Assembly: GCA_963708225.1 (NCBI GenBank) | Contig: OY970199.1 | Location: forward strand, 3,724,689-3,788,688 | Length of the DNA: 64,000 nucleotides | Origin: an uncultured Acidobacteriaceae bacterium | GTDB lineage: Bacteria; Acidobacteriota; Terriglobia; Terriglobales; Acidobacteriaceae | Direction of reading: 5' to 3' | Part shown: piece after piece, positions 46,429-56,144 of the stretch | Position numbering within the stretch: position 1 is the stretch's first letter | Layout: the number at the start of each line of letters is the position of its first letter | Made by a program: the position numbers and the translations under genes | Notes under the pieces: model-generated | Databases searched by the model: none | Told to the model about the DNA's origin: nothing | The model's input: the letters and a program-made list of their open reading frames with translations, nothing else

Positions 46429-49305
46429 TTATGGATTCGGAATGACCACCGGGTCCTGATTGGAGTATCCGCTCTCGTTCATGTTGCTATTCACTGCGGT
46501 GGTCACGTAATAGTACGTCTGTCCGGACACAACCGTGCTATCGGTGTATGAGGTTGTGCCATTGAGCGAAGGATTGATCATCTGGTATGGACCGCCAGCG
46601 ACGGTACCACGATAGACGTTGTATCCGATGGCGTCTGGCGAGGCGTCCCATGTGAGACTCACGGTGTGCTGAATGGGTGTCGTACCCGTGCCCGTCATTG
46701 CTTCCGCGGCTGACGAATTTGAGGCATTGCTCGAGAACGACAATGAAGCGGATGTGGCCCCGCTCGCCTGGGGTGTGAAGGTCACCGTGAAGGGAGTGGA
46801 TTGGCCGGCGGCGAGTGTTGTCGGCAATGAAATTCCGGAGAGCACAAATTCGCCGTTATTTAGGCTGGCGGACGAAATCGTTATTGACGTGCCGCTCGCG
46901 GTCACGCTGCCATTGAGCGCCGAACTCGATCCGGTAGTGACATTGCCGAAGCTGAGACTCGTTGGAGAGACGGTCAATTGACCCGCGGACGTTCCAGTGC
47001 CGGAGAAGGCGACATTCAGAGTTGAGTTCGAAGCGTTCGACACCACCGATAAGCCGCCACTCACTACACCAGCACTGCTCGGCGCAAAGCTCGCGGTAAA
47101 AGTGACGCTCTGATTCGCCGTGAGTGTGAGGGGGAGAGTCAATCCGCTGATCGAAAAGAGGGCACCCGTCAGATTGGCTTGCGAGATCGTGACCGACGAT
47201 CCACCCGTGTTGGTCAGAGTCTCAGACAGGTTTGTGGTCGTCCCAGCCTGAACGTTACCAAATGCGATGGTCGTTGGATTTGAGGCCAGCGTTCCGGGCG
47301 CCGCGGCGTTTCCAGAGAGTGGAATGCTCAAGTTGGAATCTGACGCCGTCGAAACGATGCTGACGCTGCCGTTTGCAGCGCCACTAGCGGTTGGGTTGAA
47401 AACGACCGTGAACGTAGTGCTCTGCCCTGCATTCAAGGTCAGGGGTAAAGCGAGTCCGCTGAGGCTGAATCCGGCGCTCGCGGTCGCGGACGAGATCGTG
47501 AGGCTGCTTCCGCCGGAGTTGGTCAGGGTCGCATTCAAGTTCGTGCTGCTGCCCACTTGAACGTTTCCGAACGCAAGGTTTGCTGGGCTTGCCGCCAGGG
47601 CTCCCTGCGTCATGCCTGTTCCAGATAGAGGAATATTCAGGTTGGCATCAGATCCAGTGGACGTGATGCTAAGGTTCCCGCTGGCCGCGCCGCTCGTGGC
47701 CGGATTGAAAAGAACCGTGAAGGATGTGCTCTGACCTGGATTCAAAGTCAAGGGCAAAGCCAATCCACTGAGACTGAATCCGGCACCACTCGCCGAAGCC
47801 GCAGAAATCGTGAGACTCGTTCCGCCGGAGTTTGTGAGGCTTCCACTCAGCGATTTGGACGTGTTGATCTGTATGGGTCCGAAGCCCAGGCTGGAGGGAT
47901 TGGATCCCAACTGCCCCTGTGCGGCACCCGTCCCAGAAAGGGCTATCGGTAGAGTCGCGTTGCTTGCGCTCGAATAGATTGTCAGGGCGCCATTCGCTGG
48001 CCCCGTGGTGCTAGGAGTGAAAATCACTTTGAACGGTGCGCTTTGGCCAGGGCTGAGCGCGATCGGCAGGCTGGGGGCCGTGACGCTGAATCCGCTGCCT
48101 GTCGCTGCCGCGCTCGATATCGTAATACTCGTGCCGCCAGTATTTGTAACTGACACCGACACGGTTTCATTATTGCCAACCGTCACGCTTCCAAAATTTG
48201 CACTGTTGGGGTTTGAACTCAACGCACCCGCTGACTGACCCGTCCCTGTGAGAGCAATATTGAGCGTTGAGTTGGCGGCGGTGGAGACTATGTTCAGCGC
48301 TCCGCTGGCTGCGCCTGCGCTGGTGGGAGCAAAATTGGTGGCAAAAGTGACGCTCTGATTGCTCTGGAGGGTCACGGGCAAGGTGAGTGCGTTGATTGAG
48401 AAGCCGGTTCCGGTTGCCGAAATCTGCGAGATCGTTATCGGGGATCCACCGGTGTTGGTTAGTGTTTCAGAGTTACTGCTACTGGTTCCTACTGGAACAT
48501 TTCCGAAGGCCACGCTAGAAGGACTGGGAGACACGATTCCAGAGACAACGCCTGCGCCAAAAATACTGAGGATAACCTTGTTGTTTACCGAGTCTTGCGC
48601 AGTTGTCAAAAACGCGACTGTGGCAATGTAATTACCGCTTCCGACCGGTGAGAAGGTGACGGCGAACGTTGTCGTTTGCCCCGGCGTCAGCGTGAGCGGC
48701 ATGGCAAGGTTACTCATTGAAAATCCTACTCCACTTAGAGCCGCCTCGGTGAGAGTGACATTGGTTCCACCATAGTTAGTAAGAGTCACATTCGTGGTTC
48801 GGTGTGAGCCGACTTGGGTCTGAAGGAACGTAACCGGCGACGGGTTCGAGGAAATCTTTCCCCGCATTACACCTTTGCCGACCGCTGTCAATGCGGCATA
48901 GGGCTGCGAATTTGATCCATCAAAACCAATCGTGGTTGCTGGATCGCTAGCCTCGGCGGGTTGGAACTGGACATTGAACGGAGCGCTTTGCCCGGCCGCC
49001 AACACGATTGGCAGTTTGATGCCGATGACCTGGAAGTTCGAATCCAAGCCTTGAATTGCGCTGATGGTCACCGGAGAGGATGTGTGATTCAGGAGCGTGT
49101 CCGGTAGCGTCTTAGTATCGCCGATCACCACGGCGCCGAAATCCAGGTTTCCGCTGCCGACGCCGACTGTGCCGGAACTGGTCGAGCCTGCGGCCAAACC
49201 CTGACATCCGGTTGCCAGCATCAAACATACGCCGAGAAGAAAGCAGGTGGCTAAGCGGCGATATAGCCGTGGATAGGAATTCTGAGGGGAACGATGATGG
49301 TTCAA
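46429..49305 (-). CDS. Lipoprotein with 8 tandem ~100-aa Ig-like (ASH / choice-of-anchor-D-type) repeats and a C-terminal FN3 domain
   Basis: Lipobox 'MLATGC'. Repeat consensus 'L..NP....FG.V.vG......v.LTN.GG.s.TIS.......GFS.....LP.TL..gQS..F.V.F.P...G...G.L.i.S.A.NS.L...L.GTG'. The FN3 domain spans aa 880-958 (46432-46668). Confidence 0.8.
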   Translation of the reverse strand: MNHHRSPQNSYPRLYRRLATCFLLGVCLMLATGCQGLAAGSTSSGTVGVGSGNLDFGAVVIGDTKTLPDTLLNHTSSPVTISAIQGLDSNFQVIGIKLPIVLAAGQSAPFNVQFQPAEASDPATTIGFDGSNSQPYAALTAVGKGVMRGKISSNPSPVTFLQTQVGSHRTTNVTLTNYGGTNVTLTEAALSGVGFSMSNLAMPLTLTPGQTTTFAVTFSPVGSGNYIATVAFLTTAQDSVNNKVILSIFGAGVVSGIVSPSPSSVAFGNVPVGTSSSNSETLTNTGGSPITISQISATGTGFSINALTLPVTLQSNQSVTFATNFAPTSAGAASGALNIVSTAANSTLNIALTGTGQSAGALSSNPNSANFGSVTVGNNETVSVSVTNTGGTSITISSAAATGSGFSVTAPSLPIALSPGQSAPFKVIFTPSTTGPANGALTIYSSASNATLPIALSGTGAAQGQLGSNPSSLGFGPIQINTSKSLSGSLTNSGGTSLTISAASASGAGFSLSGLALPLTLNPGQSTSFTVLFNPATSGAASGNLSITSTGSDANLNIPLSGTGMTQGALAASPANLAFGNVQVGSSTNLNATLTNSGGSSLTISSATASAGFSLSGLALPLTLNAGQSTTFTVVFNPTASGAANGSVSIVSTASDSNLSIPLSGNAAAPGTLASNPTTIAFGNVQAGTTTNLSETLTNTGGSSVTISQANLTGALFSISGLTLPLTLTANQSVTFTASFAPSSAGVVSGGLSVVSNASNSTLNVAFSGTGTSAGQLTVSPTSLSFGNVTTGSSSALNGSVTASGTSITISSASLNNGEFVLSGISLPTTLAAGQSTPFTVTFTPQASGATSASLSFSSNASNSSAAEAMTGTGTTPIQHTVSLTWDASPDAIGYNVYRGTVAGGPYQMINPSLNGTTSYTDSTVVSGQTYYYVTTAVNSNMNESGYSNQDPVVIPNP

Positions 49306-49867
49306 TGCGACCTCTAGATGCCGTCTCTGCGACCTACGGCGGGGGATTTCGGGTCACCAGAGTTGCTAACTTCCAACTCCAGCGAACTCAGTGTCGCTCA
49401 CCTCCCACGGATGACATAGATTGCGAAAGGCCCAGCTGGGCACGGCATCTGGCCGATTTTTCGGATGTCCCAATCTCTCCGCGGGGGTGAACTGCGGTGC
49501 AAATGCTAGAACGGGGTTTTGGGGTCTTAAGTCATTGATAATGGGCGGGTACAGAGTGTGTTTCGATGGGATTAAAGTAACTTGGTCATTTCTTGGGTTT
49601 TCCCGAGGTTCGCGGGTATGAATCGCGGCAATCTAGGCAGAATGTTGCGTATCGCTCGACTTTGGGTGCGTTCGCGCGCGAGGGTGCCAGAAACGCAGGT
49701 CTTGATTAAATCGTTAGCCTTCCGTGCTCTTCGCAGCGAGTGCTTTCCTGTGATGGCGGGTTTAACATAGAAGAGATAAAAGCCTCGGATGGCAGAGTGC
49801 GTGCATCCAATGATGAGGTGATTCGAGATTCATCGAAGGTTTGCTTTGGAAGGTTGGAATTCAAAAG

Positions 49868-50263
49868 ATGAGATTTTCATTGGCAGTAGCGGTCATAGTA
49901 GCGGGTATCAGCGTAAGCGGGGTGGCGCAGCAGAACAATACGTTTAAGGTGAAGCATTCGCCTCCCGAAAAAGCGCCAAAACAAAGCGTGCCCATGGGCA
50001 AGACAGGGAACGCGACCACGGCGTCTGCGGCTAATTCCAAGGATTTGCATAACATTGAGACTCAGGCGGCCAAGACATCTGCTCCTAAGTCAACTGTGAA
50101 GAAGGCGCCAGGATCCGCGTCCGCGCTGAAGCCGGTGAAAGATAAGCCCAATCCGGCGATGAACTTTAACGGAACAGGTGGCGGCAAGAGTGCGGGAATG
50201 ACCAACCAAGGTTCGAATCCCTACAAAGGCCGGTTAAGGCAGAAACATGCTCGCCAGCAGTAG
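49868..50263 (+). CDS. Small secreted Lys/Ala/Pro-rich low-complexity protein (hypothetical)
   Basis: Signal peptide 'MRFSLAVAVIVAGISVSGVAQ'. The remainder is predicted to be disordered. No recognisable domain. Confidence 0.5.
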   Translation: MRFSLAVAVIVAGISVSGVAQQNNTFKVKHSPPEKAPKQSVPMGKTGNATTASAANSKDLHNIETQAAKTSAPKSTVKKAPGSASALKPVKDKPNPAMNFNGTGGGKSAGMTNQGSNPYKGRLRQKHARQQ

Positions 50264-50286
50264 AGCGGTGAGATATCCAGGGACAT

Positions 50287-51036
50287 TCATCTAGGAACTG
50301 TGGAGCGGTCTTGAGTGGGGATTGGCTCCACAACCGCTTTTGTCTTAGGCACTTTAACGGAATACTTCAATAAACAATACAGAGCTCGCACGCCGTCTTT
50401 CCATCCTATTTTCTTTCCTTCTTCGTACGTGCGTCCCCAGTAGCTGATGCCGACCTCGTAAATGCGCAGGTTTCGTCGCGCCACCTTCACCGTAATTTCG
50501 GGCTCGAATCCGAAACGATTCTCCTCGATGGGGATGGCCTGAATTACCTCGCGCCGGAAAACTTTGTAACAAGTTTCCATGTCGGATAGATTGATGTTGG
50601 TGAGGCAATTGGAGAGCAAGGTCAGCGCCCGATTGCCGACTGAGTGCCAGAAGTACAAGACGCGATGCGGCGCCCCGCCCAGAAAGCGCGAGCCAAAAAC
50701 TACATCGGCTTTACCCTGAACCAGAGGTTCGATCATCAGCGGATATTCGGACGGGTCATATTCCAGATCAGCGTCCTGAATAATGACAAAATCGCCCGTA
50801 GCTTCCTGAATCCCACGCCGCAGTGCGGCTCCTTTACCCATATTGTGCGGCTGGAGCAAAGTGCGGATTTGCGGGTACTGCGTCTGGAGTTCGGCCAGTA
50901 TCTCTCTCGATCCATCGCGCGAGCCATCGTCGACGCAGATCAGCTCAATCTCCATGGAAACCGACAAAACCTTCCGCACGACTTCCCGCAGAGTGGCACG
51001 TTCGTTATATACCGGCATTACGACGGAAAGTTTCAT
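50287..51036 (-). CDS. Family-2 glycosyltransferase (polyprenol-phosphate glycosyltransferase-like)
   Basis: '[12 protein letters not shown]...[10 protein letters not shown]...[29 protein letters not shown]'. Confidence 0.85.
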   Translation of the reverse strand: MKLSVVMPVYNERATLREVVRKVLSVSMEIELICVDDGSRDGSREILAELQTQYPQIRTLLQPHNMGKGAALRRGIQEATGDFVIIQDADLEYDPSEYPLMIEPLVQGKADVVFGSRFLGGAPHRVLYFWHSVGNRALTLLSNCLTNINLSDMETCYKVFRREVIQAIPIEENRFGFEPEITVKVARRNLRIYEVGISYWGRTYEEGKKIGWKDGVRALYCLLKYSVKVPKTKAVVEPIPTQDRSTVPR

Positions 51037-51286
51037 GGCGTGCTTGATGGAGTGAGACTCTTTCAAAATCCTTTTCGATTGTAAACCGTGCATCTTTCGG
51101 CGGGTATTGGAAGCTAGGGTACAACTGAGTTCTCGTACGTACTTTCCCCGCGTAGGGTGAAATCACAGCTTCACTTACGACCGAGGAGACCTAGAAATGC
51201 ATCACAGTGAATTAGAGATTCTCTCTGACGGAGGGAACTTTCGTGATTTCGACAGGCAGTACAGGCGAGGATAGAGTAAGTTATTC

Positions 51287-52405
51287 ATGGCCTTCCAAAT
51301 CAAGTCTGGGCTTTGGACATTTGCATTGGCCGCGCTAGTCTGGACTTCGCCCTGCTCGGGGCAGGCTCCTCAGCCGACAGATCAGCCCAGTCCGGAAAAA
51401 AAATCGGGGCCGCAGAACACGAGCGGCGTACAGCAGCCCGATCAGCGGTCGCCCGGGAGCATCAGCGGGACGGTGGTCGATCAGAGTGGCGCGATCGTCG
51501 TCGGCGCCCTCGTAAAGCTCACTCGCGACGATGCATCTCCAGCGCCAGCCCAAGCCCCAGCCCAAGCTCCAGTTCAGGAAATGCTGTCCGGCAGCGATGG
51601 GCAATTCGCCTTTGACAATGTTGCTCCGGGATCCTTCCGCCTCACGATTACGGCGGCGGGCTTCGCATCGCAAACATCTTCTGGAATCCTTCGTCCCGGG
51701 GAAATTCAGACTGTCCCGCAAATTGCATTGGAGGTGGCGACCGCAGTCGCCGAAATGGAGGTTGGCCTCTCTCGAGTCGAGGTGGCCCAAGAGCAGATCA
51801 AGGTTGAAGAGAAGCAGCGTGTGCTGGGCGTGATCCCAAATTTCTATGTCAGCTACAGCCCGAATCCGGTTCCCCTGAGCTCCCGGCAAAAATTCGAGAT
51901 CGCGTGGAAAACGGTGATCGATCCAGTCACCTTTGTATTGGTGGGAGGAATTGCAGGTGTCGAGCAGGCGCAGAATCACTTCAGTGGATACGGGCAAGGC
52001 GCAGAAGGTTATGCGAAACGCTACGGCGCAGGCTATGCGGACGCGGTTTCGGGCACATTCATTGGAGCGGCCATTTTGCCATCGTTGCTAAAGCAGGATC
52101 CACGATATTTCTACAAAGGAAGCGGGAGCAAGCGATCGCGGTTTCTATATGCCGTGGCGAACTCCGTAATTTGCAAGGGCGACAACGGGCACTGGCAGGC
52201 TAACTACTCGAATATCCTGGGAAGTCTGGCGGCGGGCGGTATTTCAAATCTCTACTATCCAGCGAATGACCGCAATGGTGCCGCGTTGACTTTCGAGAAT
52301 GGCGCCATCGGGATTGGCGCAACCGCCGTTGCCAATCTGTTTCAGGAGTTCGTTGTCCGGAAATTCACACCGAAGCTTCCCAATCGCGATCAGCCCAAAC
52401 CTTAG
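51287..52405 (+). CDS. Secreted carboxypeptidase-regulatory-like (CarboxypepD_reg) domain protein with a conserved C-terminal domain of unknown function
   Basis: Signal peptide, then 'ISGTVVDQSGAIVVGALVKL...SGSDGQFAFDNVAPGSFRLTITAAGF'. The C-terminal ~200 aa are partly hydrophobic. Confidence 0.7.
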   Translation: MAFQIKSGLWTFALAALVWTSPCSGQAPQPTDQPSPEKKSGPQNTSGVQQPDQRSPGSISGTVVDQSGAIVVGALVKLTRDDASPAPAQAPAQAPVQEMLSGSDGQFAFDNVAPGSFRLTITAAGFASQTSSGILRPGEIQTVPQIALEVATAVAEMEVGLSRVEVAQEQIKVEEKQRVLGVIPNFYVSYSPNPVPLSSRQKFEIAWKTVIDPVTFVLVGGIAGVEQAQNHFSGYGQGAEGYAKRYGAGYADAVSGTFIGAAILPSLLKQDPRYFYKGSGSKRSRFLYAVANSVICKGDNGHWQANYSNILGSLAAGGISNLYYPANDRNGAALTFENGAIGIGATAVANLFQEFVVRKFTPKLPNRDQPKP

Positions 52406-52487
52406 CCGCCGTGGTCCGAAACCGCCGTGGTCCGGTCTATACTCAAATTTTGCCATCGGTGAAAATGCTCAAGGTGCGAGTGATCCT

Positions 52488-54080
52488 ATGAAAATCGTGA
52501 GCGCGGCGGAAATGCGCGAAATCGACCGCGCCACATCCGATCGCTTCGGAGTGCCTTCCATCACTCTGATGGAGAACGCGGGCACGGCCGTAGCCCGTTT
52601 CGTCGTTTCCGATTGGCCGCAAGCGGAGCGCATTGCTATCGTCTGCGGAAAAGGCAACAATGGCGGCGATGGGTTCGTTGTGGCCCGTAAGTTAGTCGAG
52701 GCAGGTCGTGCTGTTCGCATTCTTCTGCTGACTGATCCTAACGATCTGCGCGGAGATGCCGCGACAATGTTTCAAAAACTCCAGCCACTGAACAGTGCGC
52801 CGTTTGTCATCCGTGATCCGAGTGAGTTGGATACATCGGATGCGACGGAGATCTTCGCGGCGGACCTAATTGTGGATGCAATTCTCGGAACAGGTTTTCG
52901 TCCGCCAGTCAGTCCACTCTATGCAGCAGCGATTGCCAGAATGAACGCTGCGTTGGCTCCAATCGTGGCTGTCGATATTCCCTCGGGCGCGGATGCCGAT
53001 GCCATGCAACCTTGCCCTGGTTTGAGCGATGAGGCGCGAGCGGATGCCATCGTAACTTTTACGGCTCCTCGTCCCGCGCACGTTCTTGCGGCGCTCACCA
53101 GTGGGACTACCGTTGTTGCGCAGATTGGTTCGCCACCCGAAGCGATTACTTCGCAGCTTGGACTTCAGCTAAGCACTCCGCTCGATTTTGCTCCCTTATT
53201 TGCGCCCCGAGCCCGTGAAGGCAACAAAGGCAGCTATGGACACGTTCTCGTAATCGGCGGGTCGCTAGGCAAAGCGGGTTCCGTTGCAATGGCGGGATTC
53301 GCGGCGTTACGAGCAGGGGCTGGTCTGTCAACGATCGCTACACCGAAATCGGCGCTCGCAACGGTTGCGTCGTTTCATTCTGAGTTAATGACCGAGCCGT
53401 TGGTAGAGACACATGAGGGCACAATTTCGTTACAGGCGTTCGGACCAGCCCTCGATTCGTTGCTCGATCGGAAGACGCTCGCAATTGGCCCCGGCATCTC
53501 GCGCAATTCCGAGACCGCCGAATTCGTGCGCAAGATCGTCAAACCATACGACAACGCTCGAATCTCAAATATGGTTGTGGACGCCGATGCGCTGAACGCA
53601 TTCGAAGGCAAGGCCGACGAACTCAACGGCCATGACAGAACCATTGTGATCACACCGCATCCTGGAGAAATGTCCCGTCTAACGGGCCTGAGCATTCCAG
53701 AAATTCAAGCGAATCGCCTGGAAGTAGCAAGAAGCTTTGCCCGCAAGCATGAGCTCATCGTCGTTCTCAAAGGCCATCGCACGTTAATCGCGGCACCCGA
53801 TGGCATCGTCTGGGTAAACCCTACCGGCAATCCGGGGATGGCCACCGGCGGCACAGGAGACATTCTCACTGGAATCGTATCGGGCTTAATCGCGCAACAT
53901 CCGCAGCATGTCCTCGAAGCCACCGCGCTAGCGGTATATCTTCATGGATTGGCGGGGGACCTCGCTGCTGAATCGGTGGGCGAGAATTCTATGGTGGCGA
54001 CCGACCTGCTGCTTTTTCTGCCTCAAGCCTTCTCGCAGACTAGAAATCAGAAGTCCGAAGAGATTCGCCTGCACGCGTAG
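52488..54080 (+). CDS. nnr: Bifunctional NAD(P)H-hydrate repair enzyme (epimerase / ADP-dependent dehydratase)
   Basis: 'CGKGNNGGDGFVVAR' (YjeF_N epimerase) and 'GHVLVIGGS..KAGS', 'NPGMATGGTGDILTG' (dehydratase). ATG 52488 (MKIVSAAEMREID) is preferred over the longer track ORF. Confidence 0.9.
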   Translation: MKIVSAAEMREIDRATSDRFGVPSITLMENAGTAVARFVVSDWPQAERIAIVCGKGNNGGDGFVVARKLVEAGRAVRILLLTDPNDLRGDAATMFQKLQPLNSAPFVIRDPSELDTSDATEIFAADLIVDAILGTGFRPPVSPLYAAAIARMNAALAPIVAVDIPSGADADAMQPCPGLSDEARADAIVTFTAPRPAHVLAALTSGTTVVAQIGSPPEAITSQLGLQLSTPLDFAPLFAPRAREGNKGSYGHVLVIGGSLGKAGSVAMAGFAALRAGAGLSTIATPKSALATVASFHSELMTEPLVETHEGTISLQAFGPALDSLLDRKTLAIGPGISRNSETAEFVRKIVKPYDNARISNMVVDADALNAFEGKADELNGHDRTIVITPHPGEMSRLTGLSIPEIQANRLEVARSFARKHELIVVLKGHRTLIAAPDGIVWVNPTGNPGMATGGTGDILTGIVSGLIAQHPQHVLEATALAVYLHGLAGDLAAESVGENSMVATDLLLFLPQAFSQTRNQKSEEIRLHA

Positions 54081-54104
54081 CCGCTGGAATTAGATCGACG
54101 AGAT

Positions 54105-55727
54105 CTATCGCGGAATGACGGTGTCGAGCAGGGGAAGAATCTGGGATCCTAGCTTCATCACCCTCGCTTGGGCGGCGTCGGGAGACTCATCATTCAACAT
54201 TGGGGTCATCAAGCGAACGAGCCCGCCGTCACTGCGATTCATGTGAATCGCATCCGAGATCAGATAATACTTGGCGGCCCATTCACTGGCCACCGCGCGG
54301 CCGTGAGCCTGAAACCAATACAGCACCAGTTGCCGGTCGGCCCCCTTTGCAACCACGAAACGATTGACGGGGTAAGAAGAACCGTCCGGACGAGGAAGCC
54401 GAATGACCTGGCGCGAAATTGGAATCCATCCCGCGCCCGGCAGGCAGTGCTCCGGCGAATGGATCGTGTCGCCTGCTTTTTGCGAGTCGTAGTACGGGAT
54501 AAAAAGATTGATCCAGGGTTGTTCCTGGCTCGTATTTTCATAATCGCGCACAACATATTCGGGATGCCCGAGTATGTCGAGAGTATCTTTGTCGAGGACC
54601 CCGTCAGCGCCAGCGCTCTTCCAGTCTCCAATTTGGGTGGGCAGGGAACTGGGAGGATCGTGCGGTGGAATAATCTCACGGCCTGGGTGCGCCTGAAGGC
54701 CGATCGCGGTGGCCAACATTGGCACAGCCACAATGCTAAAGCGAAAGGATCCAGCCGTTTTGGGGGGCGTCCCAGGCCGCCTTTCCGAAACGGAAGCGAG
54801 GTTATCCGACGGGTTACGCGTCGCCGCAGGACCGCTCTTCCAGAAACGCAAGATCACGCGGTGCAGAGCGAACACCAGAACCAAAGCCGCCGCAAAGACC
54901 AGCAATCCTTCGATGGCATGGGGCATCCCCTCCGCTGCATCCCCATGACCGTTTTGCACCAAGACTCCCGTGCTGAAAACGCGAAAACCGTTGGTGACCA
55001 CCGCGATCGGAATCGCCGAGCATGCCAGCACCACCCGCACCCAAGTACGTTTTTCCATGAGGTAGCCATAGATAATGGCCAAAGTAACGAGGGTTAGAAG
55101 CGAACGTATCCCGCTGCACGCTTCGGCGACGTCCAACTGTCTACCGTTAGGAAGCGTGATGCAATTTCCTTGAAGCAGGACGGGAGTGTTAATCAGCCTC
55201 AGCGCTTCCGCGGCTAGCCTCGAGGCCAGCAACTGCAAAGGAAAAGTGACCCGGTTAATCAGCAGCGCTGGGATCGGGATCATCAGAATCAGAAACGCCC
55301 AGGGGAAAAGGACCGCGCGAAAGAACGCCCAACCGAGGAACAGAATAATCAGTCCTGCCAGAAGAATCAGCAACGATACCCTGGGCAAGAAAATGTCGGC
55401 CCCCAAGACTCCCAGAACCAGCACACACAGGCTTATCGCAACTAACGGCAGCCCAGCCCATGAGGGAGTAGGCGGGATGGCTTTCAGTCTGTTGCGGTCT
55501 TCCCAAACCACAAACAAGGCAAAAACGGGAACAAAGATACCATGCTGGAAATTCGGGTCGCCGACCCACTGCAGGAAAAGGTGTTCAAGAATCGAAGCGT
55601 AGAGCCAGGCAGTGATCAGAACCAAGGCCGCACCCTGCCAACGAGGCAAGCTAGTCGACAAGTTGCTTCTCCTGATCGAGAGGAGCGAAGCTACCTCTGC
55701 TGAATCACCCATAGATAAGCGCTTCAT
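54105..55727 (-). CDS. xrtA: Exosortase (XrtA-type by locus context) fused to a C-terminal EpsI-family domain
   Basis: Polytopic N-terminal half with the catalytic-Cys motif 'AEACSGIRSL' and 'TNGFRV'. The C-terminal ~200 aa, 'IGDWKS...PEYVVRDY...IPYYDSQKAGDTIHSPEHCLPGAGW...LYWFQAHGR', is EpsI-like. Confidence 0.85.
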   Translation of the reverse strand: MKRLSMGDSAEVASLLSIRRSNLSTSLPRWQGAALVLITAWLYASILEHLFLQWVGDPNFQHGIFVPVFALFVVWEDRNRLKAIPPTPSWAGLPLVAISLCVLVLGVLGADIFLPRVSLLILLAGLIILFLGWAFFRAVLFPWAFLILMIPIPALLINRVTFPLQLLASRLAAEALRLINTPVLLQGNCITLPNGRQLDVAEACSGIRSLLTLVTLAIIYGYLMEKRTWVRVVLACSAIPIAVVTNGFRVFSTGVLVQNGHGDAAEGMPHAIEGLLVFAAALVLVFALHRVILRFWKSGPAATRNPSDNLASVSERRPGTPPKTAGSFRFSIVAVPMLATAIGLQAHPGREIIPPHDPPSSLPTQIGDWKSAGADGVLDKDTLDILGHPEYVVRDYENTSQEQPWINLFIPYYDSQKAGDTIHSPEHCLPGAGWIPISRQVIRLPRPDGSSYPVNRFVVAKGADRQLVLYWFQAHGRAVASEWAAKYYLISDAIHMNRSDGGLVRLMTPMLNDESPDAAQARVMKLGSQILPLLDTVIPR

Positions 55728-56070
55728 TTCAGGATATGCGAAAGCGAGTTATCGCGCAAAACAAAAGCACGAAACTAAGGTTTGAATGTTTCCATGCTGC
55801 AGGGGCTGGATAGCTACTGCTGGTTGTAGTTTCTAATTACATTGTTTTGAGAAACTTGAGCCTTTCGTTGCCCGAATGTTTAAGGACTTTATCCCCAAAG
55901 CAGGTGGTAAGTAGTGCCCACTCGTTACTTAAGGTATGGGTAATAAATTTCCCAATTGTCCGCAATGTGGTACCGTAGAAGTCACGTTGCTGCGCAGGCA
56001 TATCAATCGTAAGCTGTTGAAACATAGCAACATATTGTTTTTAACAGGCCGGTGATCATCCCGACGGAAG

Positions 56071-56086
56071 TGGCAGCGAGTGTGCT
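56071..56086 (+). promoter_or_regulatory. Weak candidate sigma54 (-24/-12) promoter element upstream of the regulator gene
   Basis: TGGCAGCGAGTGTGCT. GG and GC have the correct 10-nt spacing relative to the consensus TGGCACG-N4-TTGCW, but there are 3 mismatches at conserved positions. It lies 59 nt upstream of ATG 56145. Confidence 0.2.
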
Positions 56087-56144
56087 CTACACTGTGTTAA
56101 GCGTTCGTCCAAGACGTTCCCCCCTGTCTCGGAAACGGAACATT

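Noticed and set aside
49306-49867. 562-bp gap checked for tRNA, tmRNA or other structured RNA
   Set aside because: I could assemble no cloverleaf. 'gaggttcgcgggtatgaatcgcgg' is not a T-arm, and I saw no known ncRNA signature. The listed ORFs of 60-92 aa have no motifs. A promoter or 5' UTR region is the simplest reading.
54168-55097. 309-aa plus-strand ORF antisense to the exosortase-EpsI gene
   Set aside because: This is a shadow ORF. The opposite strand carries the clear CSGIRS/EpsI motifs, and the translated product is Arg/Gly/His-rich with no domain.
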